From positions 672,001 to 736,000 of the forward strand of contig CBDANF010000002.1 of the NCBI GenBank assembly GCA_965197475.1: a stretch of 64,000 bases of DNA, written 5' to 3'. The DNA is from Candidatus Poribacteria bacterium. Its GTDB lineage: Bacteria > Poribacteria > WGA-4E > WGA-3G. A model generated the notes under the pieces. It had not been told where the DNA came from. It searched no databases and saw nothing but the letters and a program-made list of their open reading frames with translations. Below are positions 29,030 through 38,835 of this stretch, one piece after another. A program made the position numbers and the translations under genes. Each line of letters opens with the position of its first letter. Position 1 is the first letter of the stretch.

Positions 29030-29482
29030 ATGAAATTAATTTTTGCTCTGGGCGTAGCACTTTTTCTCTTTACCACAACTGTGGACAGCCAACTAACGGA
29101 TGCGGACCTGAACAAGATCCGGTTAGTTGTGAAAGAGGAAGTTGAAAAAGCAATTGACGCATCCGAGAAACGAATGAAAGAACATATCTCTCAAGAGATT
29201 GGAAAGGTTGACATCAAAGTCTCTGAAATGGACAAACGCTTTACTGGCAAAATCGCATCGTCGGAGAAAGACTTGAGCGGCGATATTGAGACGTTAGGAG
29301 AACGATTAAATAACATTTTTTTCTTAACCTTAGGTTTGTTAGCATTCATTGCAGTAGTTGTTGGGGTGCCGCAGATTATAGTTGCGATGCAGCGAAAAGA
29401 CATACGCACACAAGACGAAAAAATCGAAGCATTGATGCAAGAGATAGAAACACTTAAACAGGAACGCATTGTTAGACCCTAA
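29030..29482 (+). CDS. exported/membrane coiled-coil hypothetical protein
   Basis: AAGGAG RBS, signal peptide, coiled coil, C-terminal TM helix followed by a short coiled coil. Confidence 0.7.
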   Translation: MKLIFALGVALFLFTTTVDSQLTDADLNKIRLVVKEEVEKAIDASEKRMKEHISQEIGKVDIKVSEMDKRFTGKIASSEKDLSGDIETLGERLNNIFFLTLGLLAFIAVVVGVPQIIVAMQRKDIRTQDEKIEALMQEIETLKQERIVRP

Positions 29483-29567
29483 CTGGGACGTTGTCATAGT
29501 CGTGATGCACCATCAAGTATCGTATGGGTTTGGGGAATTAATTTAGGAAAAGGAATGGCGACATCTA

Positions 29568-30305
29568 ATGCAAGGACGACCAAATATCCTCCAACAAACA
29601 CTCGAAACGGCAATCACGTTTCTCTATCCTGCACAATGCCGAGTCTGTGAAAAACCGCTTGGACTTGAATCTGTGCCTTATATGTGCGATGCATGCTGGA
29701 ATGATATGCCGTTAATTGAACCGCCTTGGTGTGAAATGTGCGGCACCCCAAATACTGAAGATGTCTGTGATGAGTGTGCGACCACGCCGCCGCCCTTCGG
29801 AAAATTACGCACGATTGCTTTTTATGAAGTAGCACTTCAGCAGGCAATACACCTCTTTAAGTTTGAAAAACGAACAACGCTTGCAAAACCGCTTGCCCAG
29901 TTGATGATTAGACATATTTCTAATGATTTTAACATGGCAGATTATGACTTTATCCTGCCGATTCCGATTCATAAAAAGCGATTGCGAGAACGAGGCTTTA
30001 ATCAAGCCACCCTACTTGCAAACGGAATTGCCAAAACCAAAAACATACCAGTTGTAACAGATGTTCTCGTTCGACACAAGAACACATCACCGCAGAGCAG
30101 TTTGGATAGAGAAGCACGCCAAACTAACATTGTTGGTGCTTTTGAACTACAGAGAAAAGAAGTTGTGCAGGACAAGCGTATACTTGTTCTTGACGATGTC
30201 TTCACCACAGGTGCTACCGTTCGCGAGGCAGTAAAAGTCTTATGGAATGCCGACCCGGTTGAGATTGATGTGTTAACTTTAGCACGGGCATTAGACCCTG
30301 AATGA
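29568..30305 (+). CDS. comF: ComF-family protein (double zinc ribbon + phosphoribosyltransferase)
   Basis: Four CxxC motifs, PIPIHKKRLRERGFNQA, LVLDDVFTTGAT. Confidence 0.9.
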   Translation: MQGRPNILQQTLETAITFLYPAQCRVCEKPLGLESVPYMCDACWNDMPLIEPPWCEMCGTPNTEDVCDECATTPPPFGKLRTIAFYEVALQQAIHLFKFEKRTTLAKPLAQLMIRHISNDFNMADYDFILPIPIHKKRLRERGFNQATLLANGIAKTKNIPVVTDVLVRHKNTSPQSSLDREARQTNIVGAFELQRKEVVQDKRILVLDDVFTTGATVREAVKVLWNADPVEIDVLTLARALDPE

Positions 30306-30411
30306 AACCTTTTTGAGATTTTTTGCGTATAAAAAGTAGGTTAAGTATACGGTAATAAAACGTTAAGTTATGAAGTATGTGAAAACCGCATTATTTTGGT
30401 AGGAGGTTCCC

Positions 30412-33400
30412 TTGCACTTAAATAGCATCAAAATAAGTGGATTTAAGAGTTTCGCCGAAGAAGTTGAACTTATACTGGAACCGGGGATTACGACGATTGT
30501 TGGTCCTAACGGTTGTGGAAAGAGTAATGTCTCCGATGCAATTCGGTGGGTACTTGGTGAGCAGAGTGCCCGCGCGCTTCGGTGTACCAATATGCGTGAC
30601 CTCCTTTTCAATGGTGGTGCCAATTTTAGTCCTGCCCAAAAAGCAGCAGTTACGCTATCCTTTACAAACATATCTGAAAATCTATCTATCGGATCACCTG
30701 AAGTGGAAGTCCGCAGACAACTGACACGCGATGGTGAGAGCAGTTATCTTATCAATCAAACTCCCTGCCGCCTACGTGACATAAGCGAACTCTTTATGGA
30801 TACAGGAGTTGGCGTTGATGCCTACTCCGTTATGGAACAGAGCAAAATTGATCTGATTCTCAACGTGCGCCCGGAGGAACGGCGATTCCTTTTTGATGAA
30901 GTCGCGGGTATTACAAAATATAAACATCATAAGAAAACTGCTATCCGTAAATTAGAAGCAACAAAGCAGAATTTGGTTCGCATCAATGATGTTATTCAAG
31001 AGTTACAACGTGAAACTGAATCTCTGAAAACGCAAGCTGAACAAGCAGAACACTATCAATCGTTAAAAGAACAACTCCAACAATTAGAATTAGGTCTTGC
31101 TTTTCGAGAATACGAGAAACTTGATGCAGATTATCGTGAAGCCCAAAATAAATTAGATTCTGTTTCAAATGAAGTTTCTGAAGCAAATCAACTTTTACAA
31201 GAAGCGGATGAACGGATCGAAAACGCAACCGACAGAAGGTCCGAACTTGATACTGCAATTACAACCTCTCAGGAAGAGATAGGTGAGATTTCCGGTCGGA
31301 TAGAGAAGATCGAACGCCAGCTTGTTCAGTACAAAGAACGTCAGTTGAATATTCAACAGCAGCGTCAGAGAGCGCATCAAACGCTTGAATCTCTAAAGAC
31401 ACAGCACGCCAACCTACAAACACAGAAACGCGAAAAGACTCAAGAGCAGAAAAAACTTGATGGCTCGATTAAGATTGAAGAAGGCCGCTTATTTAGAAAG
31501 CAACAAGTTTTAGAAAAATTAACCTCACAGATTGACAAAACGAAAGAGTCTATCCAGGAGGCACAGAATGTTTTGCAGGAAACCTCAACAAAACTTTCCC
31601 AGTGTGAGAACAAACGTTTGTCAATTGAAGACAAGGTTACAAGCACGCAAAGCAGTCTCGACCAACTTCAAGAAAGCTCTGATGCTTTGAAAACAGAGCT
31701 GAAGGCAGCTACGGATGATCGTGAACAAATCCAACATGCAGCCACCCAATTAGATGCCGAATTGATTCAGATTGATACCGAGAAAAACAAAGCCGACACT
31801 ACTCTCAACGAAACTCAGGACGCACTCCGCAAGATTGAATCTGAAATACGTGGGTTTGAAGATAATTTAGGAGGTAGTGTTTCACGGTATAAATCGTTGG
31901 AGCAATTGCAATCTGCTTATGAAGGTTACTACGCAGGTGTACGCGCAATTATGCAGGCAAAAACGCATTTTCCAGACCAATTCGGCGGGATTTGTGGTGT
32001 TGTGGCAGAACTCATTGATACAGATACCGAGTACGAAGTTGCCATAGAGGTTGCGCTCGCCAGTCGTATACAGAATGTCGTCACCGAAACCGCTGAAGAT
32101 GTCGTTGCCGGAATCAACTTTCTGAAGAAACACCGCGCGGGCATAGTTACGTTTCTACCACTTGACACCTTAAGACGTAGGACATTCTCTGATGACGCGC
32201 TCCTTGATAAACCAGGGGTTATCGGTATTGCTGAAGAATTGGTGGATTACGATTATACATACGAAATTGCTGTTCAACATCTGTTGGGCAATACGCTCGT
32301 CATCGAAAATTTGGATGCTGCAATCGCTCTGACGCGCCGATTCCGACCAAACGCTCGATTGGTCACCTTAGAAGGAGAACTACTCAATACTTTGGGAGAT
32401 ATCACTGGAGGGCATACTGGTCAAAAGAAGAGTGGACTTCTCAACCGTGCACGTGAACTTGATGTGTTAAAAACCAAGATCGGAGAATTAACCCAAATTG
32501 TCAATCAGAAGGATGAAAAACGCAAATTATACGCCTCAAAAATTGCTGAAACTCAACAAACTCGACAAAAACTTATCGCGCAATTGCAAGACAAACAGAT
32601 TGCAAAGGCCGCAATAACAAAAGATATTGAGCAAGCGGACCAAAACATTACTCGTCTTGAAGCACAACTTGCTGAAGTTGAAACGCGAAACAAAGAGTTT
32701 CAACAAACCGTTGATCTTTCACTTGAAGCGCAGCAGACACTTGACACAGAGATTGAGGAACTCACCAAAAAACGCAACCAAACAGAACGGCGAATTCAAA
32801 GGGTGTCTGAACAGATTGAGAGTGAAAATCGTAAACGTGAGGAGTCCGTTGCGGAATGTCAGGAGATGGAGATCTTTCTGGCTGAACAACGACAAAAATT
32901 GGCAGGTTTTATAACCGAACTCGAATCGTTTGATAAACAACAAACTCAAATAGAGCAGAATATTGAAGGGCAACAAGCGATTATAGATTCTGATGAGCAG
33001 ACTAAACACGATATCGCTGAGCAAATTGTCAACGCACAACGTGAATTCCTACGGGTTGAGGGAGATCGAGCTGAAGCGGAAGCAAAATTTGAGGAACTCA
33101 CTGAAGAACGGGAAACACTCGTGGAGGAGATTGAATCTGTTCAGAAAGAGAGGCGCGGAACCCGAAGGCAGTTTGAGAAACAGAATCGCCGCCGACATCA
33201 ACTTGAAGTGAAAACTACCCAGTTTGAGATGCGGTTAAAATCCATCTCTGCCCGTATCTTTGATAAATATCAAGTGTCAATCGATGAAATTCCTAAACCG
33301 ATGGTTCAAAATGAAGTTTCCGAAAACGAGACGCAATCTACTGCTCCCGCCACTTCAGAACTAAACGAAATTGACTTGATGGACAATATTGAAAAGTTGA

Positions 33401-34014
33401 AGGCAGAACTTTCGGCAATGGGAGCAGTCAATCTCAAGGCGATTGAAACACATAAAGAGCACAAGAAACGTTTGGATTTCCAAGTTGCTCAACGTGATGA
33501 TATTGAGCAGTCAATACAATCCATGCATCAAGCAATTCAGAAAATCAATGAAACCTCACGGGATGTGTTCCTAAAAACATTTGAGAAAGTTAAGATCAAT
33601 TTCCAAGAGGTTTTTGCCCAACTCTTTGGTGGCGGTGAAACAGAATTGCGGTTGACCGACGAATCGAATATCCTTGAATCTGGTGTTGAGATTATCGCTC
33701 GTCCACCGGGGAAACGCCCACAAAGCATTACGCAACTTTCTGGGGGTGAACGTTCCCTTGTCGCAATCGGATTACTGTTTGCTGTCTTCAAAATTAAGCC
33801 GAGTCCCTTCTGTGTGCTTGATGAAGTGGATGCTGCGCTTGACGAAGCAAATGTGCTACGTTTCACAAATCTCATTCGTGCCTATTCGCATAACACACAG
33901 TTCGTGATTATCACACATAACAAGCGCACCATGGAGATCGCTGATGTGATGTACGGTGTGACGATGGAACAAGCCGGTATGTCAAAAATTGTCTCAGCCA
34001 AGTTTGCAGCATAG
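30412..34014 (+). CDS. smc: chromosome segregation protein SMC
   Basis: GFKSF, Walker A GPNGCGKSN, long coiled coils, hinge, LSGGE signature, Walker B LDEVDAALD, ITH. Confidence 0.97.
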   Translation: MHLNSIKISGFKSFAEEVELILEPGITTIVGPNGCGKSNVSDAIRWVLGEQSARALRCTNMRDLLFNGGANFSPAQKAAVTLSFTNISENLSIGSPEVEVRRQLTRDGESSYLINQTPCRLRDISELFMDTGVGVDAYSVMEQSKIDLILNVRPEERRFLFDEVAGITKYKHHKKTAIRKLEATKQNLVRINDVIQELQRETESLKTQAEQAEHYQSLKEQLQQLELGLAFREYEKLDADYREAQNKLDSVSNEVSEANQLLQEADERIENATDRRSELDTAITTSQEEIGEISGRIEKIERQLVQYKERQLNIQQQRQRAHQTLESLKTQHANLQTQKREKTQEQKKLDGSIKIEEGRLFRKQQVLEKLTSQIDKTKESIQEAQNVLQETSTKLSQCENKRLSIEDKVTSTQSSLDQLQESSDALKTELKAATDDREQIQHAATQLDAELIQIDTEKNKADTTLNETQDALRKIESEIRGFEDNLGGSVSRYKSLEQLQSAYEGYYAGVRAIMQAKTHFPDQFGGICGVVAELIDTDTEYEVAIEVALASRIQNVVTETAEDVVAGINFLKKHRAGIVTFLPLDTLRRRTFSDDALLDKPGVIGIAEELVDYDYTYEIAVQHLLGNTLVIENLDAAIALTRRFRPNARLVTLEGELLNTLGDITGGHTGQKKSGLLNRARELDVLKTKIGELTQIVNQKDEKRKLYASKIAETQQTRQKLIAQLQDKQIAKAAITKDIEQADQNITRLEAQLAEVETRNKEFQQTVDLSLEAQQTLDTEIEELTKKRNQTERRIQRVSEQIESENRKREESVAECQEMEIFLAEQRQKLAGFITELESFDKQQTQIEQNIEGQQAIIDSDEQTKHDIAEQIVNAQREFLRVEGDRAEAEAKFEELTEERETLVEEIESVQKERRGTRRQFEKQNRRRHQLEVKTTQFEMRLKSISARIFDKYQVSIDEIPKPMVQNEVSENETQSTAPATSELNEIDLMDNIEKLKAELSAMGAVNLKAIETHKEHKKRLDFQVAQRDDIEQSIQSMHQAIQKINETSRDVFLKTFEKVKINFQEVFAQLFGGGETELRLTDESNILESGVEIIARPPGKRPQSITQLSGGERSLVAIGLLFAVFKIKPSPFCVLDEVDAALDEANVLRFTNLIRAYSHNTQFVIITHNKRTMEIADVMYGVTMEQAGMSKIVSAKFAA

Positions 34015-34053
34015 ATTGTGCTTCTATCTAACCGTTCCACACAATACCAAATA

Positions 34054-35022
34054 ATGCCCCAGTTCAATCGTTCTCACCTTAAAATCCTGCCGCTTTCTGA
34101 ACGCCAACACAAAATGACTGTGGCGGACATCTATGCATTAGATGCCGAAACCCCGCCTTATGAAAATGAACGACTCAACATCGTTGCTGAACGAATTGTC
34201 CAGGCCTATAAAAACAGTAAACAGGTTATTTGGATGATGGGCGCACATGTGATGCGTCGCGGTAATTCCCGCTTTATCATTGATTTAATGGAGCGAGGTG
34301 TAATAACACATATTGCGACTAACGGCGCATGCGCTATCCACGATTTTGAATTGGCACACATCGGCGCAACGCTTGAAGATGTTGAGATTTACATACGGGA
34401 TGGTAAGTTTGGCAACTGGGAGGAAACGGGACGCTATCTGAACGAAGCTATCGTTCGAGGCTACCGAGACAAAATTGGTTTTGGAGAGGCAGTCGGTAGG
34501 TTAATTCAGGAAGGAGAAACGGATATCTCTTTTCCGCACCGTGATGTGAGTTTCTTTGCGGCAGCATCCCGATTAGGCGTGCCAATTACTGTTCACAAAG
34601 GCATCGGTTACGATATAACCGACCAGCATCCCACTGCAGATTATGCCGCAATTGGCTGGACAACAGGGGAGGACTTTCTCCGTTTTGTTCACACTGTTTC
34701 ACTACTGGAAGGTGGCGTTTTTCTGAACTTAGGTTCTGCCGTTATGGGACCGGAAGTTTACCTCAAAAGCCTATCTATGGCGCGGAACATTGCAGCACAA
34801 CGCGGAGAGGAAATCCGTCATTTTACCCCCGCTAATTTCGATCTGATCGATTTTTCAGATTTTCAGGAGGAGGGAAAACCCACCGATGCACATTATTATC
34901 ACCGTCCCAAAAAGACGATTCTCATTCGTACTGTTAAGGATGGTGGAGAGAGTTATCATATCTCAGGTGATTTTTCTGTTACTGTCCCGCAATTGTATCG
35001 GTTGATAACTACATCCGGATAA
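34054..35022 (+). CDS. conserved hypothetical protein, possibly deoxyhypusine-synthase-like fold
   Basis: MGAHV, ATNGACAIHDFELA, EETG, PITVH, GGVFLNLGSAVMGPEVYLK. Start taken at MPQFNR. The fold assignment is from recall. Confidence 0.6.
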   Translation: MPQFNRSHLKILPLSERQHKMTVADIYALDAETPPYENERLNIVAERIVQAYKNSKQVIWMMGAHVMRRGNSRFIIDLMERGVITHIATNGACAIHDFELAHIGATLEDVEIYIRDGKFGNWEETGRYLNEAIVRGYRDKIGFGEAVGRLIQEGETDISFPHRDVSFFAAASRLGVPITVHKGIGYDITDQHPTADYAAIGWTTGEDFLRFVHTVSLLEGGVFLNLGSAVMGPEVYLKSLSMARNIAAQRGEEIRHFTPANFDLIDFSDFQEEGKPTDAHYYHRPKKTILIRTVKDGGESYHISGDFSVTVPQLYRLITTSG

Positions 35023-35194
35023 AGTTATAGAAAAACAGAAGTGTCTATTGGAATCCGTTTATTAAGCTGGTGGAAGGTCTATTGAACCGATAAAAGATGT
35101 ACAGGCTCAGCCTGGTTCCGACATACGCGGATCGACATCGCGGGTTCAAAGAACAAACGCCCGCACCATAAGCGTCAATTTAGTGCCATATATG

Positions 35195-35314
35195 CTTGTG
35201 GGAGGCGTTTTTAACGCCGATAACAAATCGGGCGGACAAGGGTTTCCCTCCCACAGTGTCGGTAGGTGCGGTTAGGAAAACGAACCACTATATTGGAATC
35301 AAGTTAATTTGGTA
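35195..35314. repeat. cluster of REP-like palindromes plus the right end of a TACCAAATTAAC-family MITE
   Basis: TGTGGGAGG...CCTCCCACA hairpin. GTAGGTGCGGTTAGGAAA as at 319. GAATCAAGTTAATTTGGTA as at about 6080-6099. Confidence 0.65.
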
Positions 35315-35516
35315 TTAGACACCTGCTCAGGCAGCAGCGATCCGAGCTGAACAAGCGCAAGCAAGAGATGATCGGAAGCCATTGCGAGGCAGCACGCAGA
35401 GGAAGAAATTGCCCAACAACGAGAGGAAATTGAGCGGTTGCGGACTTTAACTACGACATCCCAGATGGATTCTCAAGAGTAGTGCCACTTCTGCCAAACA
35501 GAAACTTGTCGAAAAA

Positions 35517-36224
35517 TTATTTTCGGACATTAAGCAGCTCAGGCAATTCAGAGAGCCTCCGAATAGTTTCACCCCATCTGTCAACGTGCGGCTCTTCTCG
35601 ATCGATCAGTATTGGACGAATCCCTACCCCTTGTGCCCCAATAATATCTGCTTCATAAGTATCGCCTACGTGCACAGTTTCTTCTGCCGAAACCCCAACT
35701 GCTTCTAACGTGTACTCGAATATATGTGGATCAGGTTTCGCTGATCTGACACGGGTATCATGTGAGGCGACAATTATGTCGAAATAGTGGGCAATACCGA
35801 GCCGCTCGGCGAGTGGATCCAATGGTGTATCCCAATTTGAGACAATCGCTAACTTATATCCATCATCACGCAAACGTTGGAGCGTTGGGATAACGTCGTC
35901 GTAGAGCGTGGCAACATTGGCAGCAAAGAGCGAGTGTCCAGCTTGCAACAATTCCCATGCCATCTGTTCTGCATGTTCCTGAACACCGAGTTGTCGGACA
36001 AATTCGTAGTAACTATCTACAATTTTTTGCATTGTGTCAAGCAGAGAGTGTGTAGTAGGGTCCGAATCTGACGCATCCGCAAACAGATTCTCTACTGCTG
36101 CTGCATAATGTTCCCAGTTAATTTCAAATTGGTACCGATCTGCAATTTTTTGGAGACTATCTTCAAGCGGCAGTCCCCAAACACATAAAGTTCTATAAAA
36201 ATCAAAGAATACTGCTTTTATCAT
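35517..36224 (-). CDS. HAD-superfamily hydrolase (HAD-IA)
   Basis: AVFFDFYRTL, AIVSNWD, KPDPHIF, HVGDTYEADIIGA. Confidence 0.9.
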   Translation of the reverse strand: MIKAVFFDFYRTLCVWGLPLEDSLQKIADRYQFEINWEHYAAAVENLFADASDSDPTTHSLLDTMQKIVDSYYEFVRQLGVQEHAEQMAWELLQAGHSLFAANVATLYDDVIPTLQRLRDDGYKLAIVSNWDTPLDPLAERLGIAHYFDIIVASHDTRVRSAKPDPHIFEYTLEAVGVSAEETVHVGDTYEADIIGAQGVGIRPILIDREEPHVDRWGETIRRLSELPELLNVRK

Positions 36225-36238
36225 TTTGAATGCTTGTC

Positions 36239-36973
36239 CTATTTGTAACGCGTAGGATCAGAAATACCTGTGTCTTCAAAACCTTTTTTGCGGAGTAAGC
36301 AACTATCGCATCTACCACATGCTCGCGCATCCATATCAGGATCATAACAACTAAGTGTAAGGCTATAGTCAACGCTAAGTGCTGTCCCAATTTGGATTAT
36401 CTCTGCTTTTGTTTTATCAATAAGTGGAGTACAGATTGTGAGTTTTGTCTTACCTTCAACACCTGCTTGCGTTGCGAGGTTTGCCATCTTTTGATAGGCT
36501 TGTATATATTCGGGACGGCAATCTGGATATCCGCTGTAGTCAATAGCATTTACGCCAATAAAAATGGTATCGGCGGTGAGCACCTCGGCCCATGCAAGTG
36601 CAAAGGAGAGAAAGATGGTGTTCCGAGCAGGGACATAAGTAATCGGTATGCTACCACCCACTTCAGTTTCTGATCTACCTTTGGGTACCTCAATGTCTGC
36701 TGTCAAGGCTGATGCACCGAACATACGTAGGTCAATGTCAATAATGGTATGCTGCTTTGCACCTAATGACTTTGCGATGTTTTTTGCACATTTTAGTTCC
36801 ACCCTATTCCGCTGACCATACCGAAAACTCATCACATAGGTATCATAACCCTCGTCGCGTGCGATTGCTAAGGTAGTGGTTGAATCTAAGCCTCCGCTCA
36901 GTAGGACGACTGCTTTTGGTGTTTCTTGAGAATCACTGAGACGCACTGTATTTTTTGGCAATTCTTTTCTCAA
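36239..36973 (-). CDS. queC: 7-cyano-7-deazaguanine synthase
   Basis: [34 protein letters not shown]...CGRCDSC. Confidence 0.95.
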   Translation of the reverse strand: MRKELPKNTVRLSDSQETPKAVVLLSGGLDSTTTLAIARDEGYDTYVMSFRYGQRNRVELKCAKNIAKSLGAKQHTIIDIDLRMFGASALTADIEVPKGRSETEVGGSIPITYVPARNTIFLSFALAWAEVLTADTIFIGVNAIDYSGYPDCRPEYIQAYQKMANLATQAGVEGKTKLTICTPLIDKTKAEIIQIGTALSVDYSLTLSCYDPDMDARACGRCDSCLLRKKGFEDTGISDPTRYK

Positions 36974-37021
36974 TTATATGAATGGGACGGCATTGAGCCG
37001 TCCCTACAAAGATTTCGCGTG

Positions 37022-37548
37022 TTATTCGCTTTCAAACTCAAGTTTAGCAAAACGTAGAAAGATTCCGCCTCCCGGCCTACCAAGAGGACCGTTGATAGCC
37101 AAACATGCGATGACATGTTTAGCACCCGGTTCAGCACTATCGGATACAACCACGCGTTGCGGCGCATTGAAACCTGAAGCAGCACCACGACCCGACTCAC
37201 CGAAAGCCAAGTCAATTTCGCCATTGACCCAAACTTCACCGTAGTCATCAATACAAGTGTGAAACCACACTTTTGAACCAGCAACGGACTTCCCATCTAC
37301 TTCTTCTGGAATAGTGACAGTAATCCGATACCAACCGAAGCAGAGACCTGTTAAGACGATTTCTTGAATATTTTCACAAATTCCCAACCGGAATCGTCAT
37401 AATCGGCATTACGCGCTGGCGATTCTGGCATCTGATCAACTAAACCGCCGTTTGGCTCACCGGGGACGAGTCCCGCGGCAAAACGCCATTGGGCATTTGT
37501 GAGTTCAAGATGTTCAGCATTTTCTAAATCAAGTTCAGCAATAATCAT
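37022..37548 (-). pseudogene. jelly-roll (GH2 sugar-binding-like) hypothetical protein, split by a frameshift
   Basis: MIIAEL...WRFAAG...YDDSGWE continues after a 1-nt shift near 37383 as ICENIQE...GWYRITVTIP...IDDYGEVWVNG. Confidence 0.7.
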
Positions 37549-38783
37549 AGGTGTTCCTTCCTTAGTTTTGATTGAGTGTGCCAAAGTTTATAGGCTATAC
37601 TTGTTGAACAAATCAGGAAAAATCCTGCGACAATAAATGGTACATAAACTGAAATGTTAATTAAAAATCCACTTGCGACAAAACCGAGAAGAAACCCGGT
37701 GCTCCAAGCTAAATGTGTTATGCCAACACCATGTCCCTTCTCATCGGGGTTAGTGAATTCATTGATGAACCGTGGGATAGTAGTTGAGAGCGCCCATGCA
37801 GCACCTGCACCGAGTATCCCGAAGATTTCCAGACCAATTAACGAGTTATGAAAAAATGCCAATCCAAAAGCGAGAATTGTAACGACTGCATTTGCGACTA
37901 AAGCCGGAATTCGATGACCTACTCCATCACAAATCCTTCCAGTAATAAATTGGCATGTAAAAGCAAACATTAGACTAACAGCACCGTAATAACCTGTAAC
38001 TTTATCCCCCGCAATCCGAGAAATAAGGATCGGCATAAGCAGGCTTACTGATCCCCAATAGTAGGTTGGAAAAACGCGTAAACCGATTAACATCCGTATT
38101 TCAGGTCTGCGACATAAGTTTAAGTACTTCCCGGCGTTTAGGGTTGATTTCCAAATTTCTTCCTGCTTCTGTTGAATGTTGCCAACATATTGTTTAAGAC
38201 GAGGTAGAAAGAAACATGCACTAACAAACAGTAAACCGGACAGAAATACCGCGCTAGTTCCAAAAATGTTATAGTTGATACGACTGATAATCTCGCCTTT
38301 GTCATTGAGCCGACCAATAACCTCGCCAGCGATGGCACTACCGATTGCATTTCCGACAGTGCTACTAATAAAGTACATTCCTGTTGCGAAACCTAAACGA
38401 TTCGGTGGCACAGCACTAATGAGATATGATTGTCCTCCCGCGGTTTTGAATCCGGATGCGATGCCTTCATAGCAGAGAATACCCCATATCAACCACGGTA
38501 TTTGTGTCGTAAATAGGCTTCCTATTACTACCGCACCGGTCATACCGATAAGTAGCGTTAGTTTTCGTCCGAATCGATCACTAAGCGTCCCACCGATGAG
38601 TGCTGTTATTCCACCGAGTCCGATTGGTATTGCACGTAACAACGCAGCGAATAGTGCGTTTTTTTCTAAAACTGATTCGGCGTATACCGGAAAGAATAGG
38701 TGCACTGGTCCAGTAATCAAACCGATCACAAACACGATGAGACAGAGAGAAATAAATCCTTGAGTCCACATCAGATCACGCAA
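37545..38783 (-). CDS. MFS transporter
   Basis: About 12 TM helices and MFS motif A GTLSDRFGRK. Confidence 0.9.
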   Translation of the reverse strand: MRDLMWTQGFISLCLIVFVIGLITGPVHLFFPVYAESVLEKNALFAALLRAIPIGLGGITALIGGTLSDRFGRKLTLLIGMTGAVVIGSLFTTQIPWLIWGILCYEGIASGFKTAGGQSYLISAVPPNRLGFATGMYFISSTVGNAIGSAIAGEVIGRLNDKGEIISRINYNIFGTSAVFLSGLLFVSACFFLPRLKQYVGNIQQKQEEIWKSTLNAGKYLNLCRRPEIRMLIGLRVFPTYYWGSVSLLMPILISRIAGDKVTGYYGAVSLMFAFTCQFITGRICDGVGHRIPALVANAVVTILAFGLAFFHNSLIGLEIFGILGAGAAWALSTTIPRFINEFTNPDEKGHGVGITHLAWSTGFLLGFVASGFLINISVYVPFIVAGFFLICSTSIAYKLWHTQSKLRKEHL

Positions 38784-38835
38784 GGAACATGGTCATAGTA
38801 GAAATCCTGTCTATCCATTGATATGGGTTGGCAGT

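Noticed and set aside
19609-30305. DprA-like + ComF as a DprA-PRTase defence pair or competence operon
   Set aside because: They are separated by about 9 kb. ComF is the ordinary zinc-ribbon type next to smc.
11965-36973. TatD + QueC as a QatABCD or Dpd defence system
   Set aside because: The genes are about 24 kb apart, both look like canonical housekeeping forms, and no QatA ATPase or dpd genes are present.
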